Shown: positions 6,742-11,342 of the stretch, one piece after another
Layout of the letters: each line of letters opens with the position of its first letter
Position numbering within the stretch: position 1 is the stretch's first letter
Origin: a virus
Lineage: Duplodnaviria; Heunggongvirae; Uroviricota; Caudoviricetes
Strand: one strand, 5' to 3'
Virus record (IMG/VR): IMGVR_UViG_2778261353_000007
Location: 1-11,342 of that record
DNA length: 11,342 nucleotides
Notes under the pieces: generated by a model
Seen by the model: the letters and a program-made list of their open reading frames with translations, nothing else
Databases searched by the model: none
Told to the model about the DNA's origin: nothing
Program-made: the position numbers and the translations under genes

Positions 6742-7008
6742 ATGCAAGCTGTTTTTTCTTCCCCGTCTCCCGCCCCTGTGACGCCACTGATGCCGCTGCC
6801 GGACATCACGCAGGAGCGTTTTTTACGTCTGCCGGAAGTGATGCACCTGTGCGGCCTGTCACGCTCGACCATCTATGAACTCATCCGTAAGGGGGAATTT
6901 CCGCCGCAGGTGAGTCTTGGCGGTAAAAATGTGGCCTGGCTGCACTCTGAAGTCACCGCATGGATGGCCGGCCGCATTGCCGGACGCAAACGGGGGTATG
7001 ACGCATGA
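6742..7008 (+). CDS. vis: AlpA/Vis-family small DNA-binding regulator (excisionase-like)
   Basis: 88-aa ORF with the AlpA-type helix-turn-helix core [27 protein letters not shown] and a conserved Trp-containing tail; GAGGT Shine-Dalgarno 7 nt upstream. Same size and position as P4 orf88/vis as I recall. Confidence 0.75.
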   Translation: MQAVFSSPSPAPVTPLMPLPDITQERFLRLPEVMHLCGLSRSTIYELIRKGEFPPQVSLGGKNVAWLHSEVTAWMAGRIAGRKRGYDA

Positions 7009-7604
7009 TGATGCCCGCTCTGCAAAAAGTCCCTTTTTCTGGCTTGCCTTTTTCCGGCATTTGCGGATATAGTTTTTCCGCTGTCGCAAAATCGGCAGCC
7101 GGGCGTGGAAACCCGAGCAATCTAACGGCGACATATGACGCGCCATGCGTCTTTTTTTGTGTCGCAATCAACGCCACAGAGCGCCAGATTATGGTGTGGT
7201 GTGTGGTCAGTCGAGCAGATGGCACTCCGTGCATCCTGCCCGCGTCCGCTCATTATGCCGCAGAGTCAATGGTAGCTCAGGCGGGGCAGCCTCCGGGCTG
7301 GCCGGTATCCGTTAGAGCCGGTATTTCCACCCCCGTCTGGGCTATCGCCATCGAGCGTGGAAACTCCGGCGATAGCGTAACCTGCTATCTAACGGAGGCT
7401 GCCATCATGGCTACAACCCTTACCCCTTCACACCCTGAATTTGTCTTTGTGTTTGCGGCTGTCCGTCGCGCAGACCGTCATCCCCGTATCTGCATGCTTC
7501 GCACCGTCGCCGGTGATGAACGCAGTGCCCGCCGTTCCCTTGTCCGTGACTATGTGCTCTCCCTTGCTGCCCGTCTGCCGGTGGTGGAGGTGTCCCGTGC
7601 GTAA
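7005..7604 (+). CDS. Questionable 199-codon ORF overlapping the early promoter and immunity RNA region
   Basis: ATG overlaps the vis stop (ATGA), but the frame runs straight through seqA, the candidate CI RNA and seqC, and has Ala/Arg/Pro-rich low-complexity composition. Possibly only an N-terminal kil-like portion is real, or none of it. Confidence 0.2.
   Translation: MMMPALQKVPFSGLPFSGICGYSFSAVAKSAAGRGNPSNLTATYDAPCVFFCVAINATERQIMVWCVVSRADGTPCILPASAHYAAESMVAQAGQPPGWPVSVRAGISTPVWAIAIERGNSGDSVTCYLTEAAIMATTLTPSHPEFVFVFAAVRRADRHPRICMLRTVAGDERSARRSLVRDYVLSLAARLPVVEVSRA
7044..7073 (+). promoter_or_regulatory. Candidate early promoter (PLE-like): TTGCCT, 18-bp spacer, TATAGT
   Basis: -35-like hexamer at 7044-7049 and -10-like hexamer at 7068-7073, about 30 bp upstream of seqA. 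Match by eye only. Confidence 0.3.
7103..7129 (+). promoter_or_regulatory. seqA-like target of the immunity RNA
   Basis: GCGTGGAAACCCGAGCAATCTAACGGC; its ends (GTGGAAA ... ATCTAACGG) are complementary to CCGTTAGA ... TTTCCAC at 7309-7330. A near-repeat lies at 7355-7397. Confidence 0.4.
7271..7346 (+). ncRNA. Candidate CI-like immunity RNA containing seqB
   Basis: Contains seqB-like CCGTTAGAGCCGGTATTTCCAC (7309-7330), complementary to seqA and seqC. GGTAGC (7271-7276) can pair with GCTATC (7341-7346) as a closing helix, with internal hairpin CAGCC-TCCG-GGCTG. Boundaries approximate. Confidence 0.35.
7355..7397 (+). promoter_or_regulatory. seqC-like second target of the immunity RNA
   Basis: GCGTGGAAACTCCGGCGATAGCGTAACCTGCTATCTAACGGAG repeats the seqA end motifs (GTGGAAAC ... 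ATCTAACGG) downstream of seqB. Confidence 0.4.
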
Positions 7605-7884
7605 TAAAAAAGCCCCTCAGACCGTCTCAGCGCGTCATGACGCCCGTGAACACCTCAGCATTGAGGCTTACCATAAGCTCAACCGCGCCAGCGCCGTATC
7701 CCAGTTTGTTGGGGGTGATTTGATTCACCGTGAACTCTCCGGCCTGCATCAGCTCTACATTCCGCATATTTTCAGCTACCTGAATGAAGATATTGATTTT
7801 GTGCTGAATGAACTGAAAGCCAAAGGCCTGTGCCGCGATTTTCTCGCCCAGCAGAAAGACCGGGGAGACAGGACGCATGTTTGA
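7597..7884 (+). CDS. Small protein (95 aa), possible epsilon-like antirepressor
   Basis: In-frame GTG at 7597 is preceded by GGAGG at 6 nt; the ORF-track ATG at 7441 would lie inside the immunity RNA region. Stop overlaps the next start (ATGTTTGA). The epsilon assignment is by position and size only. Confidence 0.45.
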   Translation: MRNKKAPQTVSARHDAREHLSIEAYHKLNRASAVSQFVGGDLIHRELSGLHQLYIPHIFSYLNEDIDFVLNELKAKGLCRDFLAQQKDRGDRTHV

Positions 7885-8332
7885 TTTTCCCCAGCCCGGT
7901 GAGATTTACCGTTCTGCCGGTTTTCCCGATGTGGCCGTGGTCGGCATTCTGGAAGACGGTATTCCGTGGGAAATGCCGTACCGCTGCCCGGACATTGTCT
8001 GGAACCCGTACCGCCGTAAATTCAGTATCCTTGTGCGTATCCTCGCTGACGGGCGCACCACAGACATCCCGCTGGGGCGTTTTCTGCGGGAATTTACCTG
8101 TGACCGTCCTGACCTGTTTAAACGCAGCCCCGTAAACCGGCATGCGGTACTGAAAGAAATGGCCGGAGACCCGGAATTACAGAAATGGCGGGAGAAATAT
8201 CTGGATATTTACCCGCAGGCCCCTGTTCCGGTCAGCCGGGCGACACCGGTGGCGCGGGAATGGCGGGAAATCCCCCGCACGGAGCCTGACCCGGAAATCA
8301 CACCGGATAACAGTTACCGCAATTATCTGTAA
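7877..8332 (+). CDS. Hypothetical protein, 151 aa (P4 orf151-like)
   Basis: ORF translationally coupled to the preceding gene, same strand as alpha, backbone-like GC content. Function unknown. Confidence 0.6.
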   Translation: MFDFPQPGEIYRSAGFPDVAVVGILEDGIPWEMPYRCPDIVWNPYRRKFSILVRILADGRTTDIPLGRFLREFTCDRPDLFKRSPVNRHAVLKEMAGDPELQKWREKYLDIYPQAPVPVSRATPVAREWREIPRTEPDPEITPDNSYRNYL

Positions 8333-8467
8333 TTAAAAAACGACACCCGAAAAATTAAATGTGCGTATTCGCGCAGGGATACGCACGTCTTCAGGAGACG
8401 CAGATATGCCTTATCAGTTAATGCAACCGGCACGGAATGCAGTCATCTGTCACAGGGAGGAAAGCAA

Positions 8468-8788
8468 ATGAAAACACCCTTACCGCCCGTCTTACGCGCA
8501 GCCCTTTACCGTCGTGCTGTCGCCTGTGCCTGGCTGACCGTGTGCGAACGTCAGCACCGCTACCCGCATCTCACCCTTGAATCACTGGAGGCGGCCATCG
8601 CCGCTGAGCTGGAAGGCTTTTATCTGCGCCAGCACGGTGAGGAAAAAGGGCGTCAGATAGCCTGTGCCCTGCTGGAAGATTTAATGGAATCCGGCCCCCT
8701 GAAGGCCGCGCCGTCGCTGTCCTTTCTCGGGCTGGTTGTGATGGATGAACTCTGTGCCCGTCACATAAAAGCGCCGGTACTGCACTGA
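8468..8788 (+). CDS. Hypothetical protein, 106 aa (P4 orf106-like)
   Basis: Strong GGGAGG Shine-Dalgarno upstream of the ATG; sits immediately upstream of alpha. Function unknown. Confidence 0.6.
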
Positions 8789-8802
8789 AGGAGAACAACA
8801 CC

Positions 8803-11145
8803 ATGAAAATGAACGTAACCGCCACCGTCAGCCATGCGCTCGGCCACTGGCCGCGTATTCTCCCGGCGCTGGGGATTCAGGTGCTGAAAAACCGTCATCA
8901 GCCCTGTCCGGTCTGTGGCGGGAGTGACCGCTTCCGTTTTGATGACAGGGAGGGGCGCGGCACCTGGTACTGCAATCAGTGTGGTGCCGGTGACGGCCTG
9001 AAACTGGTTGAAAAGGTGTTTGGTGTTTCCCCGTCCGATGCGGCCGCAAAGGTGGCTGCCGTGACCGGCAGCCTGCCCCCGGCTGACCCGGCAGTGACGG
9101 CTGCCGCCGGTGCTGAAACAGACGCTGCCCGGAAGAACGCAGCCGCACTGGCACAAACCCTGATGGCGAAAACCCGTCCCGGAACCGGTAACGCCTACCT
9201 GACCCGCAAGGGCTTTCCCGACCGGGAATGCCGGATGCTGACCGGCACACACAGAGCCGGTGGCGTGAGCTGGCGCGCCGGTGACCTTGTGGTGCCACTG
9301 TATGACGACAGCGGCGAACTGGTTAACCTTCAGTTAATCAGTGCTGACGGCCGTAAGCGCACCCTGAAAGGCGGACAGGTCAGGGGCACCTGTCACACCC
9401 TTGAAGGACAGAATCAGGCCGGAAAACGTCTGTGGATAGCGGAGGGATACGCGACCGCACTTACCGTGCATCACCTGACCGGTGAAACGGTGATGGTGGC
9501 GCTTTCTTCCGTGAACCTCCTTTCTCTGGCCAGCCTTGCCCGGCAGAAGCATCCGGCCTGTCAGATTGTCCTTGCCGCAGACCGTGACCTCAGCGGTGAC
9601 GGCCAGAAAAAAGCCGCCGCAGCCGCAGATGCGTGTGAAGGTGTTGTTGCCCTGCCGCCGGTCTTCGGTGACTGGAATGATGCCTTCACGCAGTACGGCG
9701 GGGAAGCCACCCGTAAGGCCATTTATGATGCCATCCGGCCACCGACTGAAAGCCCGTTCGACACCATGAGCGAAGCGGAGTTTTCCGCCATGAGTACCAG
9801 CGAAAAGGCCATGCGTATCTATGAGCATTACGGCGAGGCGCTCGCGGTCGATGCCAACGGCCAGCTTCTGTCCCGCTATGAAAATGGTGTCTGGAAGGTG
9901 CTGCCGCCACAGGACTTTGCCCGGGATGTGGCCGGGCTGTTTCAGCGTCTGCGCGCGCCGTTCTCCTCCGGGAAGGTGGCCTCCGTGGTGGACACCCTGA
10001 AGCTGATTATTCCGCAGCAGGAAGCCCCCTCCCGCCGCCTGATTGGCTTTCGTAACGGCGTGCTCGACACGCAGAACGGCACGTTCCACCCGCACAGTCC
10101 GTCACACTGGATGCGCACCCTGTGCGATGTGGATTTCACCCCGCCGGTGGAAGGGGAAACGCTGGAAAACCACGCCCCCGCGTTCTGGCGCTGGCTTGAC
10201 CGTGCCGCCGGTGGCCGTGCGGAAAAACGCGACGTGATTCTGGCCGCACTGTTTATGGTGCTGGCAAACCGCTACGACTGGCAGCTCTTTCTGGAGGTGA
10301 CCGGTCCCGGCGGCAGCGGCAAAAGTATCATGGCCGAAATCGCCACCCTGCTGGCCGGGGAGGATAACGCCACGTCGGCCACCATCGAGACGCTGGAATC
10401 CCCGCGTGAACGTGCCGCGTTAACTGGCTTCTCACTGATACGCCTGCCGGACCAGGAAAAATGGAGCGGCGACGGTGCCGGACTCAAGGCCATCACTGGC
10501 GGCGATGCGGTGTCCGTGGACCCGAAATACCGGGATGCGTACTCCACGCATATCCCGGCGGTGATTCTGGCCGTGAACAATAACCCGATGCGCTTCACCG
10601 ACCGCAGCGGCGGCGTGTCACGCCGGCGGGTGATTATTCACTTCCCGGAACAGATAGCCCCGCAGGAGCGCGACCCGCAGCTTAAGGACAAAATCACCCG
10701 CGAGCTGGCGGTCATTGTGCGTCACCTGATGCAGAAGTTCAGCGACCCGATGCTCGCCCGGTCACTGCTTCAGTCCCAGCAGAACTCAGACGAGGCACTG
10801 AACATCAAACGGGATGCCGACCCGACGTTTGATTTTATCGGCTATCTGGAAACCCTGCCGCAGACCAGCGGCATGTATATGGGGAACGCCAGTATCATCC
10901 CGCGTAATTACCGTAAATACCTCTATCACGCCTATCTGGCCTACATGGAGGCAAACGGCTACCGGAATGTACTCAGTCTGAAAATGTTCGGGCTGGGGCT
11001 GCCGGTGATGCTGAAGGAATACGGACTGAATTACGAGAAGCGCCATACCAAACAGGGGATACAGACCAACCTGACGCTGAAAGAGGAAAGCTACGGCGAC
11101 TGGCTGCCAAAATGTGACGACCCTGCGACAACCCGACCCTCATGA
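8803..11145 (+). CDS. alpha: Replication protein alpha: primase (zinc finger + TOPRIM) fused to helicase, with C-terminal origin-binding region
   Basis: 780-aa ORF. N-terminal zinc motif CPVCGGSDRFRFDD...YCNQCG; TOPRIM-like region around WIAEGYATALTV and AADRDLSGDGQKKA; Walker A GPGGSGKS. AGGAG Shine-Dalgarno upstream. Size and architecture match P4 alpha. Confidence 0.92.
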   Translation: MKMNVTATVSHALGHWPRILPALGIQVLKNRHQPCPVCGGSDRFRFDDREGRGTWYCNQCGAGDGLKLVEKVFGVSPSDAAAKVAAVTGSLPPADPAVTAAAGAETDAARKNAAALAQTLMAKTRPGTGNAYLTRKGFPDRECRMLTGTHRAGGVSWRAGDLVVPLYDDSGELVNLQLISADGRKRTLKGGQVRGTCHTLEGQNQAGKRLWIAEGYATALTVHHLTGETVMVALSSVNLLSLASLARQKHPACQIVLAADRDLSGDGQKKAAAAADACEGVVALPPVFGDWNDAFTQYGGEATRKAIYDAIRPPTESPFDTMSEAEFSAMSTSEKAMRIYEHYGEALAVDANGQLLSRYENGVWKVLPPQDFARDVAGLFQRLRAPFSSGKVASVVDTLKLIIPQQEAPSRRLIGFRNGVLDTQNGTFHPHSPSHWMRTLCDVDFTPPVEGETLENHAPAFWRWLDRAAGGRAEKRDVILAALFMVLANRYDWQLFLEVTGPGGSGKSIMAEIATLLAGEDNATSATIETLESPRERAALTGFSLIRLPDQEKWSGDGAGLKAITGGDAVSVDPKYRDAYSTHIPAVILAVNNNPMRFTDRSGGVSRRRVIIHFPEQIAPQERDPQLKDKITRELAVIVRHLMQKFSDPMLARSLLQSQQNSDEALNIKRDADPTFDFIGYLETLPQTSGMYMGNASIIPRNYRKYLYHAYLAYMEANGYRNVLSLKMFGLGLPVMLKEYGLNYEKRHTKQGIQTNLTLKEESYGDWLPKCDDPATTRPS

Positions 11146-11152
11146 CTCACCT

Positions 11153-11176
11153 GACCGGCATCTGCCGGTCTTTTTT
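11153..11176 (+). terminator. Rho-independent terminator of alpha
   Basis: GACCGG-CATCTG-CCGGTC hairpin immediately followed by TTTTTT, 8 nt after the alpha stop codon. Confidence 0.7.
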
Positions 11177-11194
11177 ATCCCTGAAATCCCCGAA

Positions 11195-11285
11195 GGTGAA
11201 CAATCCACTGTTCACCCTTCACCGTATATTCACCCGTTATCACACTGAAATTAAAAGAGAAAAACGAAAGGTGAACAGTGTGAAC
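11195..11285. repeat. Second iteron cluster (crr-like, cis replication region), probably truncated by the window end
   Basis: GGTGAACA at 11195 and 11270, TGTTCACC at 11209, and degenerate copies (CTTCACC, ATTCACC, GTGAACA) immediately downstream of alpha. Confidence 0.5.
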
Positions 11286-11342
11286 AATCAAATCAAAAAA
11301 AACTTTTTTTTCTCCCTGTGTGATTTCAGTACGGGGGATTAA

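Noticed and set aside
6569-6787. ORFs 6593..6781 (+) and 6569..6787 (-) upstream of vis
   Set aside because: They overlap the tandem repeats, the candidate late-promoter dyad and the vis start; the only Shine-Dalgarno-like sequence is too close to the ATG.
6859-7234. Minus-strand ORFs 6859..7167 and 6953..7234
   Set aside because: Antisense to vis and the early promoter / seqA region; no support.
7441-7884. 147-aa version of the gene ending at 7884, starting at ATG 7441
   Set aside because: It would start inside the immunity RNA region with no ribosome-binding site; the GTG at 7597 with GGAGG is preferred.
7627-8143. Minus-strand ORFs 7627..7878 and 7772..8143, and plus-strand 7830..8135
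   Set aside because: Alternative-frame or antisense overlaps of the 95-aa and 151-aa genes.
8571-10598. Numerous ORFs antisense or out of frame within alpha and orf106 (e.g. 8571..8825, 8761..9252, 8828..9298, 9334..10095, 9536..9769, 9942..10139, 10272..10598)
   Set aside because: They lie inside the well-supported alpha ORF in GC-rich DNA, where long spurious reading frames are expected; translations are low-complexity.
10786-11342. ORFs 10786..11046 (-) and 11142..11342 (+)
   Set aside because: The first is antisense within alpha; the second runs through the alpha terminator and the crr-like iterons.
1-11342. CRISPR arrays, insertion sequences or transposase genes
   Set aside because: No regularly spaced repeat-spacer array and no terminal inverted repeats with a transposase were seen; the repeats present are iterons and short tandem repeats in control regions.

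Overview
This window is the left junction and most of a P4-like phage satellite integrated at the selenocysteine tRNA gene (selC). Reading left to right: chromosomal flank and selC tRNA-Sec (293-387, +); a P4-type tyrosine integrase (550-1728, +); an AT-rich two-gene cargo on the minus strand, made of a 469-aa reverse transcriptase with intact catalytic motifs (2581-3990) and a 213-aa protein with three predicted transmembrane segments (1745-2386), separated by a GC-rich 194-bp spacer; the P2/P4 19-nt cos sequence (4130-4148); the late operon sid-delta-psu (minus strand, 4313-6190); a control region with Delta/Ogr-type TGT-N12-ACA dyads, six TGTTCACC iterons (ori-like) and a short tandem repeat; a vis/AlpA-like gene; the immunity RNA region (seqA/seqB/seqC); three small ORFs (95, 151 and 106 aa); the alpha primase-helicase (8803-11145, +) with a terminator; and a second iteron cluster (crr-like) cut by the window end. 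The main finding is that the RT plus membrane protein pair sits between cos and int, where P4 itself carries gop/beta/cII. This is a candidate reverse-transcriptase-based anti-phage module that I cannot assign to retrons, group II introns or a named DRT/Abi family from sequence alone. All family assignments are from reading the translations and recalled motifs; no searches or computations were run.
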